Positions 40,794 to 50,478 of a stretch of 64,000 nt of DNA are shown here, in pieces. Under the pieces are notes generated by a model. The model was given only the letters and a program-made list of their open reading frames with translations. It ran no database searches and was not told the DNA's origin. Both the position numbers and the translations under genes were made by a program. This DNA is from Micropepsales bacterium (GTDB taxonomy: Bacteria; Pseudomonadota; Alphaproteobacteria; Micropepsales; Micropepsaceae): assembly GCA_038324265.1 (NCBI GenBank), contig JBBQHU010000010.1:1843-65842 (forward strand), written 5' to 3'. How positions within the stretch are numbered: the first letter of the stretch is position 1; each line of letters starts with the position of its first letter.

Positions 40794-41042
40794 ATGCAAG
40801 TCAGCGCCACATTGATTGCCGCCCAGCAGGCCGCCCGCGAGGCGCGGACCCGGCTGCAGGTGCCGCAGGCGCAGGCCCCGCAATTTGCCGCCGCGCTGGA
40901 GAAGACGACGGGCGTTTCGGGTGGTTTCTCGGCCCTGCCGCTGAAACAGACTGCGCCGGCGGTGCAGACGGCGGCGCCCCAGCCGCAGCAGGCGTTCGCT
41001 GCGCCAGGCCGCATGGGCCAGCACGTCAATATCCTGGTTTAG
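40794..41042 (+). CDS. Small Ala/Gln/Pro-rich hypothetical protein
   Basis: 82 aa ending GQHVNILV; good codon bias; CtrA-like TTAG-N7-CTAAC at 40755-40770. Confidence 0.6.
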   Translation: MQVSATLIAAQQAAREARTRLQVPQAQAPQFAAALEKTTGVSGGFSALPLKQTAPAVQTAAPQPQQAFAAPGRMGQHVNILV

Positions 41043-41166
41043 AGAGCTTATAAGAAGATGGTGCAGGGTGGAGAAGGTTCTCCGGCCGCTCGCCTAAGCT
41101 CGCGGCGTTCGTCGCTCGAAATGGTCCGCTGGACCATTTCGTCCGCGCTTGCGCGCGCACCGCTCC

Positions 41167-41682
41167 TTACCCACCGATCTTGCGGCGGCGCAGGTTCCTG
41201 CGCGGCTTGCTGGCGCCGTCGCCATCCAGGGCTTCGGCGGCCTGGGCGATCTGGGACAGGGCTTTGACGAATTTCTGGCGGTCGGGCAGCGGCAGGGCCT
41301 CCAGCAGCGCGCGTTCGGCGCGGTCAGCGGCGTTGCGCGCGGCGCGCAGCGCCTTGCGGCCCGCAGGGCTGATGGCCACGGCATTGGCACGCTGGTCTTC
41401 CTCGGTGCGCTCGCGCGACAGCAGACCCTTCTCCAACATCCGGCGCACCATTTCGGCAAGCGTCGAACGATCGATGCCAGTGATCTCGACGAGTGCGGTC
41501 TGGCTGGCGCCGTCATTCTGTTCCAGCGCGCACAGCAGAATGAACTGCTGCTTGGTCAGCTCCTTGCCGCCGGCTTCGCGCGCATAGAGGTCGCCATAGA
41601 ATTGTTGGCAGCGACGGATCAGGTGAGAGGGCGCTTCGGAAAGGTCAAAGCCATTTCCTGCACTGCGCCGCCCCTTCATCAT
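41167..41682 (-). CDS. MarR family transcriptional regulator
   Basis: LTKQQFILL...SQTALVEITGIDRSTLAEMVRRMLEKGLLSR...DQR. Confidence 0.9.
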   Translation of the reverse strand: MMKGRRSAGNGFDLSEAPSHLIRRCQQFYGDLYAREAGGKELTKQQFILLCALEQNDGASQTALVEITGIDRSTLAEMVRRMLEKGLLSRERTEEDQRANAVAISPAGRKALRAARNAADRAERALLEALPLPDRQKFVKALSQIAQAAEALDGDGASKPRRNLRRRKIGG

Positions 41683-41994
41683 CCCATGACCCCTAAGAAT
41701 TTCACTCTGCCCGTCGTGTGCTCCGTGCTGCGCCCTCTGGTGGGGTGCATGACGTTTGCGGCGTCGCGGGAGGGCCAGTTAAAACGGTTTTGCGCGCCGA
41801 TGTCCATGCGCAAAATTTTTCTTCGGCGATATTGCAAAGCCGCCGCGCTTGATGTTCGCGGCTCGCGAGAGCGTTATTGGGTTCGCGTCAAAGCGGAACA
41901 CAATGCGTGGTATGGCGAACACGTTGCCTACCAGCACATGGGATGAATACAGCGCACCTGTGCGAAAAAATAGTCCGCGCGCGGTGCAAACGCA

Positions 41995-42555
41995 TCAATC
42001 TTGCGCGTTTTTCCCGCCGTCTGCCTGATGACGCATCAGCAGCGGAGTCTGTGCGAGCGCGAAGAGAAAGATCAGGGGGATGATGCCCCACACCTTGAAC
42101 GACACCCAGGTGTCGGTGCTGGTCATGCGCCACACCGTCTCGTTCACCACCGCCAGTGCCAGGAAGAAGAGACCCCAGCGCACCGTCAGGGTCCGCCAGC
42201 CGCGATCGCTCAGCTCGAACGCCTGGGCGAAAACATATTTGATGAACAATCGGTTGAAGCGAAGGCCGACCAGCAGCACCGCGCCGAAACAGCCATACAA
42301 TACAGTGGGCTTCATCTTGATGAAGACGTCGTTCTTCAGATAAAGCGTCAGCCCGCCGAACACGATCACCAGCACCGCGGTGAACAGCGGCATGGGCGAG
42401 AGCCTTTTTTCCAGCAACCAGCCGATCAGCAGCGCTGCCAGCACGGCTGCCATGAAAGCCGCCGTTGCGCCGAAAATGCCGAGATATTTGAAGCCTGCAA
42501 AAAAAATGAGCAACGGGCCCAGGTCCAGCGCCAGGCGGCGTATCTGCGGGTTCAT
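41995..42555 (-). CDS. yciB: Inner-membrane protein YciB (septation protein A)
   Basis: LDLGPLLIFF, FGGLTL, FIKMKPT, WVSFKVWG; follows ftsY. Confidence 0.92.
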   Translation of the reverse strand: MNPQIRRLALDLGPLLIFFAGFKYLGIFGATAAFMAAVLAALLIGWLLEKRLSPMPLFTAVLVIVFGGLTLYLKNDVFIKMKPTVLYGCFGAVLLVGLRFNRLFIKYVFAQAFELSDRGWRTLTVRWGLFFLALAVVNETVWRMTSTDTWVSFKVWGIIPLIFLFALAQTPLLMRHQADGGKNAQD

Positions 42556-43490
42556 GTCTGTTCTCCTGCCAGGCCGACGAGCGCGTTGGCGAAATCGGTG
42601 GCAACAAAGGGCTGCAAATCGTCCTCGCCTTCCCCCACCCCTATGTAATGCACCGGCAAGCCGAAACGTGCCGCCAGCGCCACCAGGATGCCGCCCTTGG
42701 CGGTGCCATCCAGCTTGGTCATGACCAGGCCGGTCAACGGCACCGACTGGCCGAAGGCTTCCACTTGGCTGAGCGCGTTCTGCCCGGTGGTGGCATCCAG
42801 CACCAGCAGCACGGCATGGGGGGCGGTGGGATCGAGTTTCTTGATGACGCGGGCGATCTTTTCCAGCTCGGCCATCAGGCCGGCCTTGTTTTGCAAACGC
42901 CCCGCAGTATCGATCAGCAGCACATCGCTGCCATTGGCGCGCGCCTTCTCCAGCGCCTCGAAGGCCAGGCCTGCGGCGTCGCCGCCGGCCTTGGTGAAAA
43001 CGAATTCGGATTTGGAACGATCGGCCCAGACGCGCAACTGTTCGATCGCTGCGGCGCGAAAGGTGTCGCCCGCCGCCAATGTGACTTTTGCGCCGCTTTC
43101 GGTGAGGCGCCTGGCCAGCTTGCCGATGGTGGTGGTCTTGCCGGTGCCGTTGACCCCGGCCACCAGGATGACGAATGGCTTTTCGTCACCCTCTGTCAGC
43201 AACGGCTTCTGGATGGGCTGCAGGATGGCGGCGATTTCGGCCGCCAGCACGGCGCGCAGTTCGGGGCCGGAGATTTCGGCGTCGTAACGCCCCTTGGCGA
43301 CGGCGGCGGCAATCTTTTTGGCCAGGGCTGCACCCATGTCGGCCTTGATCAGCGCCTCTTCCAGTTCGGCCACCGCTTCGGTGTCGAGCTTTTTCCTGGT
43401 CAGGATCTCGCCCAGGCCGGTCTTGGAAAGACTGGTCTTCAGCCGCTCCAGGAAGGTGGGCGGCGGCGGGGCTTCACCGAAGGTTCTCAT
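42552..43490 (-). CDS. ftsY: SRP receptor FtsY
   Basis: GVNGTGKTTTIGKL, DTFRAAA, DTAGRL, TKLDGTAKGG; start reassigned to ATG 43490. Confidence 0.95.
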   Translation of the reverse strand: MRTFGEAPPPPTFLERLKTSLSKTGLGEILTRKKLDTEAVAELEEALIKADMGAALAKKIAAAVAKGRYDAEISGPELRAVLAAEIAAILQPIQKPLLTEGDEKPFVILVAGVNGTGKTTTIGKLARRLTESGAKVTLAAGDTFRAAAIEQLRVWADRSKSEFVFTKAGGDAAGLAFEALEKARANGSDVLLIDTAGRLQNKAGLMAELEKIARVIKKLDPTAPHAVLLVLDATTGQNALSQVEAFGQSVPLTGLVMTKLDGTAKGGILVALAARFGLPVHYIGVGEGEDDLQPFVATDFANALVGLAGEQT

Positions 43491-44749
43491 GCGGGCATGC
43501 CGACCAGACGGTCGCCCTGACGGCCGGTGATGACGACCGGCACAAAGCTGCCGTGCGGGACCGGGCCGATTTCGACCGGGGTGAAGCAGGGCGTGCGTCC
43601 AATCTGTCCCCCATCCGGGCGGGCGCGTTCCGCCAGCACGGTATGATGGCCGCCGCGCATGGATTCCAGCCGCGCCGTCAGCGCTGCGGTGCCGCAGCTG
43701 CGCAGGCGGGCGGCGCGTTCCTTGACCAGGGCGCGGGGAAGCTGGGGCATGTTGGCCGCCGGCGTACCGGTGCGCGGCGAATAGGCAAAGACATGCAGGG
43801 TGGAAAGCCCGGCATCGTCCACCAAACGCAGGCTGTTCTCGAACATCGCATCCGTCTCGGTGGGAAAGCCCGCGATCAGGTCGGCGCCGAAGGCGACGTC
43901 TGGGCGCAGGGCGCGCACGGCGTCGCAAAAGGCGATGGTGTCGGCGCGGCCATGTCGGCGCTTCATGCGCTTGAGGATCATGTCGTCGCCGGACTGGGCC
44001 GAAAGATGGAAATGCGGCATCAGCCTTTCTTCTTCGGCGATCATCCGCATCAGCACGGCATCGGTTTCGATGCTGTCGATGGAGGAAAGCCGCAGCCGCT
44101 TCAGTTCGGGCACCAGCTTGAGGATCTTTTCCACCAGCGCGCCAAGGCCTGGTTCGCCAGGAAGGTCGGAGCCGTAGGAGGTGAGATCCACGCCGGTCAG
44201 GACGATCTCGGGAAAGCCCGCTGCCACCAGCCGGCGCGCTTCTTCCACCACCGCGCCCATCGGCACGCTGCGCGAATTGCCCCGGCCATAGGGGATGATG
44301 CAGAAGGTGCAGCGATGGTTGCAACCATTCTGCACCTGCAGGAAGGCGCGGGTATGGCCTTCAAAGTGATCCACCATCTGCGGCGCGGTCTCGCGCAGGC
44401 TCATGATGTCGTTGACGCGGATTTTCTCCGACGCGCCGACCCCGAAGTCGGCATAGCTTTGGGCGTTGAGTTTCTCGGCATTGCCGATCACCGCATCCAC
44501 CTCGGCCATGTCGGCATAGGTCTGCGGCTGCGTCTGGGCGGCGCAGCCGGTGACGATGATGCGCTGGTGCGGTTTCTCGCGCTTCAGCTTTCGGATCGCC
44601 TGGCGCGACTGGCGCACCGCCTCGGCCGTCACGGCGCAGGTATTGACCACGGTGGTATCGCGCAACTGCGCTTCGGATGCGCGCAGCCGGATCGCTTCGC
44701 TCTCATAGGCATTGAGGCGGCAGCCGAAGGTCACGACGTTCAGGGTCAT
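43487..44749 (-). CDS. mtaB: tRNA methylthiotransferase MtaB
   Basis: TFGCRLNAYES, NTCAVT, GCNHRCTFC radical-SAM motif; start 44749 overlaps the dapF stop. Confidence 0.92.
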   Translation of the reverse strand: MTLNVVTFGCRLNAYESEAIRLRASEAQLRDTTVVNTCAVTAEAVRQSRQAIRKLKREKPHQRIIVTGCAAQTQPQTYADMAEVDAVIGNAEKLNAQSYADFGVGASEKIRVNDIMSLRETAPQMVDHFEGHTRAFLQVQNGCNHRCTFCIIPYGRGNSRSVPMGAVVEEARRLVAAGFPEIVLTGVDLTSYGSDLPGEPGLGALVEKILKLVPELKRLRLSSIDSIETDAVLMRMIAEEERLMPHFHLSAQSGDDMILKRMKRRHGRADTIAFCDAVRALRPDVAFGADLIAGFPTETDAMFENSLRLVDDAGLSTLHVFAYSPRTGTPAANMPQLPRALVKERAARLRSCGTAALTARLESMRGGHHTVLAERARPDGGQIGRTPCFTPVEIGPVPHGSFVPVVITGRQGDRLVGMPA

Positions 44750-45573
44750 AACTTGTCCAGCTCGACCCGGCCGCGAAACACGGTGACGCCGGGGCCGGTC
44801 ATCAGCACATGACCGTCTTCCTCGCGCCATTCGATGATCAGCGAGCCGCCATCCAGCACCAGCTCCATCTTGCGGTCCGTCAGCCCGCGCCGCACCGCGG
44901 CGACCGCCGTGGCGCAGGCGCCCGAACCGCAGGCCAAGGTCACGCCCACGCCGCGCTCCCACACCCGCATGCGGATTTTCGAACGGTCCAGCACCTGGGC
45001 GAATTCCACATTGGTGCGATTGGGAAAGAGAGGCAGGGTTTCGATCTTGGGGCCCAGCATCGTGACGGGGGCGACCGCAACGTCGGGCACAAACAGCACG
45101 CAATGCGGATTGCCCATCGAGACGGCGCTGACCGGCACCGAGCTGGTGCCGATTTCCAGCAGGAAATTTTCGGTGTCGCGCGCTTCCGCCAGGGGAACCT
45201 GGGTCCAGTCCAGGTGCGGCTCGCCCATGTCGATGGTGACCAGGCCCTTGCCGGCATCACTGGCCACCAGCATGCCGCCCCGGGTGGACAGCTTGATCCG
45301 CGCCAGGCCGCGCTCGTCCATCAGCAGGCGGGCGACGCAGCGGCTGGCATTGAAACAGGTTTCCGCTTCCGAACCATCGGCATTGAAGAACTGCACGCCG
45401 GCATCGGTCTGGGCGCCGCCGGGGCGGATCACCACCACCGTGTCGCAGCCGATGCCGAAATGGCGGTCAGCGATCTTGCGCGCCTGCGGGCCGGTCAGCG
45501 GGATGGCGTTGTCGCGCGCGTCGAACACGACAAAATCATTGCCCAGTCCGTGCATCTTCAGGAAGGTGGTCAT
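44746..45573 (-). CDS. dapF: Diaminopimelate epimerase
   Basis: KMHGLGNDF, FNADGSEAETC, MGNPH, ERGVGVTLACGSGAC. Confidence 0.95.
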   Translation of the reverse strand: MTTFLKMHGLGNDFVVFDARDNAIPLTGPQARKIADRHFGIGCDTVVVIRPGGAQTDAGVQFFNADGSEAETCFNASRCVARLLMDERGLARIKLSTRGGMLVASDAGKGLVTIDMGEPHLDWTQVPLAEARDTENFLLEIGTSSVPVSAVSMGNPHCVLFVPDVAVAPVTMLGPKIETLPLFPNRTNVEFAQVLDRSKIRMRVWERGVGVTLACGSGACATAVAAVRRGLTDRKMELVLDGGSLIIEWREEDGHVLMTGPGVTVFRGRVELDKL

Positions 45574-45677
45574 GGGGGGCGTTATAGGGTGCCGGCCCCC
45601 AATTTTCTATGGGCTTTTCCATGGACTCGGGCCGCTGAAAGCGCCCAAAATCGAAAGCCATCCCTGACGGATCTGCC

Positions 45678-47726
45678 ATGCGTGCCGCACTGGCCCTTGC
45701 CGCCCTCATTCTTTTTGCCGCCGGAGCCTTTGCCGTGACCTCAGATGATCCCTATGCCTGGCTGGAAGACACCCATGGCGCAAAGCCGCTCGCCTGGGTG
45801 GCGGAGCAGAACAAGGCGTCGCTGGGACCGCTGAAGGCCGATCCGCGCTATCAGAAGAATTACGACTCGATCCTGCAGGTTCTGGACGCCACCGACCGCA
45901 TTCCCATGGGAACCCTGCGCGGTGCCTACGTCTACAATTTCTGGCAGGACGCGGCCAACCCCAAGGGGCTTTGGCGGCGCGCGACGATTGCCGACTATCA
46001 GACCGCCGCGCCGCACTGGGAACTGCTGCTGGACGTGGACGCGCTGGCGAAGGCGGAAAAAGAGAACTGGGTCTTTGCCGGCGCGGAATGCGGTCCGCGC
46101 GAAACGCGCTGTCTCATACGGCTGTCGCGCGGTGGCGGCGATGCGGTGGTTATCCGCGAATATGACCTGAAGGCCAAGGCGCTGGCGACGGATGGTTTCG
46201 CGCTGCCGGAATCCAAGGGCGATGCCAGTTATCTGGACGACGACACCGTGCTGTTCGCCACGGCAAAGGATGGCGAAACCGCCAGCGGCTATGCCCGCAA
46301 GGTGCGGCTGTGGAAGCGCGGTCAGCAGATCGCCGACGCCGTGACGTTATACGAGGGCGAGAAAAGCGATGTGCTGGCGGCGCCGATGACCGCGCATACC
46401 AAGGCGGGCAATTTTGCCTTTGTGATGCGGGCCGTGAGCTTCTTTGAAACCGAATATTTCGCGGTTGAGGGTGAGAATATCCGCAAGCTGGACATGCCAC
46501 GCTCGGCCGATGTGAAGGGCATGCTGGACGGGGCCCTGATCGCCACCCTGCGGGATGATTATACCGTGGACGGCGCGCACTTTGCCAAGGGGGCGCTGGT
46601 GGCGTTCCGTGATGGCGGCCCGCCGCAGGTCATCTTTGCCCCGACAGCCCGCCAGAGCGTGGAAAGTGTGGGAACCGGGCGCGACAAGCTGTTCGTGGTG
46701 ACCAACGACAATGTGATCGGCGCGGTGCATGTCTTCACCACCGACGGCAAGGCGTGGCATGACAAGGTGCTGGCGCTGCCGGGCAGCGGTGCGCCGGATA
46801 TCGTTTCGGCCAATGATTACGGGCCGGAGGCGCTGTTCAGCTTCCAGAATTATCTCACCCCCACCACGCTCTATTTCGACGGCGGCGGCGACCATCCAAC
46901 GCCGATCAAGTCGCTGCCGGCGCGCTTCGATGCGTCAGGACTGGTGACGGAGCAGTTCGAGGCGACCTCGAAGGACGGCACGAAAATTCCGTATTTCGTG
47001 ACGCGCCCGAAAAATCTCGCCGGGCCTGCGCCGACGGTCCTCTACGGCTATGGCGGCTTCGAAGTGTCGCTGACGCCCGGCTACAGCGCCAATTTCGGGC
47101 GGCTGTGGCTGACCCATGGCGGCATCTATGTGGTGGCCAATATCCGCGGTGGCGGCGAGTTCGGGCCGGCCTGGCATGACGCGGCGCTGAAAACCAACCG
47201 TCAGCGCGCCTATGATGATTTCGAGGCGGTGGCGGCTGATCTCGCGGCGCGCAAGCTGACCACGCCCAGGCAGCTGGGCATCATGGGCGGCTCCAATGGC
47301 GGGCTGCTGGTGTCCACCGTGATGGTGCAGCGGCCGGACCTGTTCGGCGCCGTGGTCTGCCAGGTGCCGCTGATCGACATGATCGCCTATACCCATATCG
47401 GCGCGGGCGCGTCATGGGTGGGGGAGTATGGCGACCCCGCCATTCCCGCCGAGCGCGATTACATCCTCACCTACTCGCCGTACCAGAATGTGAAAGCGGG
47501 CGTGAAATATCCGCCGGTCTTCTTCGTCACCGCCACCAGCGACGACCGCGTCTCGCCGGTGCATGCCCGCAAGATGGCGGCGAAGATGATCGAACAGGGC
47601 CATGAGGTGCTGTTCTATGAGAATACCGACGGCGGCCACGCCGCCGCCGCCGACCATCGCCAGTCCGCCGAAATGTGGGGCCTCAGCTTTGTCTATCTGG
47701 CGCAGAAACTGGGACTGAAGGCATGA
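45678..47726 (+). CDS. Secreted prolyl oligopeptidase (S9A), paralog 1
   Basis: Signal peptide; DPYAWLE, SKDGT, YGYGGF, NIRGGGEFG, GGSNGG, DDRV, GGH. Confidence 0.93.
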   Translation: MRAALALAALILFAAGAFAVTSDDPYAWLEDTHGAKPLAWVAEQNKASLGPLKADPRYQKNYDSILQVLDATDRIPMGTLRGAYVYNFWQDAANPKGLWRRATIADYQTAAPHWELLLDVDALAKAEKENWVFAGAECGPRETRCLIRLSRGGGDAVVIREYDLKAKALATDGFALPESKGDASYLDDDTVLFATAKDGETASGYARKVRLWKRGQQIADAVTLYEGEKSDVLAAPMTAHTKAGNFAFVMRAVSFFETEYFAVEGENIRKLDMPRSADVKGMLDGALIATLRDDYTVDGAHFAKGALVAFRDGGPPQVIFAPTARQSVESVGTGRDKLFVVTNDNVIGAVHVFTTDGKAWHDKVLALPGSGAPDIVSANDYGPEALFSFQNYLTPTTLYFDGGGDHPTPIKSLPARFDASGLVTEQFEATSKDGTKIPYFVTRPKNLAGPAPTVLYGYGGFEVSLTPGYSANFGRLWLTHGGIYVVANIRGGGEFGPAWHDAALKTNRQRAYDDFEAVAADLAARKLTTPRQLGIMGGSNGGLLVSTVMVQRPDLFGAVVCQVPLIDMIAYTHIGAGASWVGEYGDPAIPAERDYILTYSPYQNVKAGVKYPPVFFVTATSDDRVSPVHARKMAAKMIEQGHEVLFYENTDGGHAAAADHRQSAEMWGLSFVYLAQKLGLKA

Positions 47727-49795
47727 GCATGCGCGCGTGGGTGCTAAGCTTGGCTTTGTTGGCGGCGGGCGGCGCGGTTGCCGCGCAAGTGGATAACGAC
47801 CCCTATCTGTGGCTGTCGGACATTCATGGCGCGCGCGCGCTGGCCTGGGTGAAACGCGAGACCGACAAGAGCGACAAGCTGCTCAGGGCCGATCCCACCT
47901 ATCAGCGCACCCATGACGCCATCCTGAAATCGCTGGATGTGAAGGACCGCATCCCCAAGGTCATCCTGGATCATGGCGACGCCTACAATTTCTGGCAGGA
48001 CGCGGCGCATGTGCGCGGCATCTGGCGGCGCACGACCATTGCCGATTACGCCGCCAAGGACCCGCACTGGGAAACCCTGCTCGATCTTGATGCGCTGGAT
48101 ACTGCCGAGAAGACCCCCTGGGTGTGGCAGGGGGCGGACTGCGCCCCCGGCGGCGCGCTGTGCCTGCTGAAACTGTCGCCGGGCGGCGGCGACGCCGCCA
48201 CGGTGCGTGAATTCAGCCTGAAGACAAAGACATTCGTGGAGGGTGGCTTCCGTCTGCCGGAGGCCAAGCTGACGGCCACATACCTCGACGCCGACCATGT
48301 GCTGGTCGCCACCGATTTCGGCGCCGGCAGCATGACGAAATCTTCCTACCCGCGCCTCGTCAAGCTGTGGACGCGCGGCACGCGGCTCGGCGCAGCCAAG
48401 ACGGTGTTTGAGGCCGGCGTTGACGACATCGCGGCGCGGCCGCAGGTGTTCCGCGGACCTTATGGCAGCATCGCGGTGATCGAGCGCGGGCTGACCTTCT
48501 TCACCAACGAATACTCCGTGGTTGCCGCCGATGGCACGACCACGAAGCTGCCGCTGCCGCCCGGCGCGGTGCTGCAGGGCGCGACGCAGGGCCGCCTGGT
48601 CTTTACCCTGCGCGATGCCTGGCAGGCCTTCCCGCAAGGCGCGCTGATCGCCTTCGATCCCAGGCGCGGCGGCGTGCGCCTGCTGTACGCGCCGAACGGG
48701 CGCAGCACCGTGGAAGATGTCAGGTGCGGCCGCGACGCTGTCTATGCCGCCATCTTCGAGAATGTGGTGGGCACGGTGCATGCCTTCCGGCTGAAGGATG
48801 ACGGCTGGAGTGATGAAACGCTTCCCATGCCCAGGGGCGGCTCCACCGCGATTGCCGCGGTCAATGACTGGGGGCCGCAGGCGCAGTTCACCTTTGAAAG
48901 TTACCTGACCCCGCCCACGCTCTATGCCACCGACGGGGCGTCGGCGCCGAAGGCGATCAAGGCGCAGGCGCCGGTGTTCGATGCCAGCGGCATGGCGGCG
49001 GACCAGGCCTGGGCGGTGTCGAAGGACGGCACCAGGATTCCGTACTTCCTGATCCATCCCAAGGGCTCAAAGGGCCCGTTGCCGACGATCCTGTATTCCT
49101 ATGGTGGCTTCGAACTGTCGCTGTTCCCGATCTACTGGAATGACGGCCATCGGCCGCTGGCGGCGTCAGCCTGGGTGGGGCAGGGCGGCGCCATCGCCAT
49201 CGCCAATATCCGTGGCGGCGGCGAGTTCGGGCCGGCCTGGCACCAGGCGGCGTTGCTGGAGCATCGCCAGCGCGCCTTTGACGATTTCGCCGCCGTGGCG
49301 AAGGACCTGGAAACGCGCAGGCTGACCACGCCCAAACAGCTTGGCATTGTCGGCGCCTCGAATGGCGGCGTGCTGACCACCGTGACCATGACCCAGCATC
49401 CGGAACTGATCGGTGCCGTGGTCAGCCAGCGGCCATTGGTGGACATGCTGCGCTATACCCGCTTCGGCGCGGGGCAATCGTGGGTGGCGGAGTATGGCGA
49501 TCCGGCGATTCCGGCGCAGCGCGCCATCCTGGAAAAATATTCGGCCTACCAGAAAGTGCAAAAGGGCGTGCACTATCCGGCCATTCTCTTCATCACCGAA
49601 ACCAGCGACGACCGGGTCACGCCGATCTTCGCGCGCATGATGGCGGCCAAGATGGAAGACCAGGGCCATGACGTGCTGTTCAACGAAAGCAGCGAAGGCG
49701 GCCACGGCCCCGGCGCCACCAGCGCCGCCCAGGCCCAGATGTGGGGCCTGACCTATGCCTTCTTCGCGCAGAAGTTGGGGTTGGCGCGGAAGTAG
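47723..49795 (+). CDS. Secreted prolyl oligopeptidase (S9A), paralog 2
   Basis: ATGA overlap; DPYLWL, YSYGGF, GASNGG, DDRV, GGH. Confidence 0.92.
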   Translation: MSMRAWVLSLALLAAGGAVAAQVDNDPYLWLSDIHGARALAWVKRETDKSDKLLRADPTYQRTHDAILKSLDVKDRIPKVILDHGDAYNFWQDAAHVRGIWRRTTIADYAAKDPHWETLLDLDALDTAEKTPWVWQGADCAPGGALCLLKLSPGGGDAATVREFSLKTKTFVEGGFRLPEAKLTATYLDADHVLVATDFGAGSMTKSSYPRLVKLWTRGTRLGAAKTVFEAGVDDIAARPQVFRGPYGSIAVIERGLTFFTNEYSVVAADGTTTKLPLPPGAVLQGATQGRLVFTLRDAWQAFPQGALIAFDPRRGGVRLLYAPNGRSTVEDVRCGRDAVYAAIFENVVGTVHAFRLKDDGWSDETLPMPRGGSTAIAAVNDWGPQAQFTFESYLTPPTLYATDGASAPKAIKAQAPVFDASGMAADQAWAVSKDGTRIPYFLIHPKGSKGPLPTILYSYGGFELSLFPIYWNDGHRPLAASAWVGQGGAIAIANIRGGGEFGPAWHQAALLEHRQRAFDDFAAVAKDLETRRLTTPKQLGIVGASNGGVLTTVTMTQHPELIGAVVSQRPLVDMLRYTRFGAGQSWVAEYGDPAIPAQRAILEKYSAYQKVQKGVHYPAILFITETSDDRVTPIFARMMAAKMEDQGHDVLFNESSEGGHGPGATSAAQAQMWGLTYAFFAQKLGLARK

Positions 49796-49972
49796 CAACG
49801 CGGAAGTAGCAAAAGGGCCAGTGGACCTTTTGCCCGCGCCAACGCCGCAGCGGCGCGCGCCCAAGTGCGGCGCGAGGCTGGGGCGGCGGAATTAAGCAAT
49901 TAACCTGGAAATCGTCGGCAGCGAGGCGCCGCCGCGCTAAATCGCAGCTGTCCCATTTTGGAGCAGTTGCCC

Positions 49973-50137
49973 ATGCGCAAGATGTTTGTGAAGTTCGCCC
50001 GCAATACCAATGCGGCCACGGCCATCGAATATGGCCTGCTGGCCAGCCTGATTGCTGTCGCCATCATCAGCGGCGTCACCATGGTGGGCACCAGCCTGTC
50101 CACCACCTTTGACTCCCTGGCGGTGACCCTCAAATAG
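49973..50137 (+). CDS. flp: Flp family type IVb pilin (54 aa, not in the track)
   Basis: MRKMFVKFARNTNA|ATAIEYGLLASLIAVAIISGVTMVGTSLSTTFDSLAVTLK; GGAG RBS; own terminator. Confidence 0.88.
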   Translation: MRKMFVKFARNTNAATAIEYGLLASLIAVAIISGVTMVGTSLSTTFDSLAVTLK

Positions 50138-50159
50138 CGCCGCCAAGGCTTTGAAAAGC

Positions 50160-50194
50160 AAAAGGCCCGCCAGTGTGGCGGGCCTTTTTGTTTT
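50160..50194 (+). terminator. Rho-independent (probably bidirectional) terminator
   Basis: AAAAGGCCCGCC-AGTGT-GGCGGGCCTTTTTGTTTT. Confidence 0.85.
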
Positions 50195-50208
50195 GGGCTG
50201 GGGTTAGA

Positions 50209-50250
50209 GGCCTTTTTTAGAGGCCTAGCGGCCTTTTTTTGAGGCCTAGC
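50209..50250. repeat. 21-bp tandem duplication
   Basis: GGCCTTTTTTAGAGGCCTAGC / GGCCTTTTTTTGAGGCCTAGC; each unit is a GGCCT...AGGCC hairpin. Confidence 0.8.
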
Positions 50251-50377
50251 GACCTTTGGCGATCCGCGGCTTGGGCGGGGCGGCCGGCATTTCCTTGGGC
50301 TTGGAGGCCTTGTAGATCTTGGTCAGGGCTTCGCGGCTCTTGATGCTGGAAGCGGTCATGTCGGGCAGTTTGGGCAT
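50246..50377 (-). CDS. Small Lys/Pro-rich protein (43 aa, not in the track)
   Basis: MPKLPDMTASSIKSREALTKIYKASKPKEMPAAPPKPRIAKGR; mostly G/C third positions. Confidence 0.55.
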   Translation of the reverse strand: MPKLPDMTASSIKSREALTKIYKASKPKEMPAAPPKPRIAKGR

Positions 50378-50478
50378 GGCGGGAACTTTCGGACGGGGAT
50401 TTTCTGTCCCTTCCTTTAGACCCCGCCAGCCCTTCCGTAAACTGAAGGATTTTCTGCTGGTAAATCAGATGATTACAC

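Noticed and set aside
45678-50377. RiPP biosynthetic cluster built on the POP pair plus small peptides
   Set aside because: No modifying enzymes or transporter; the POPs are exported; one small ORF is clearly a pilin.
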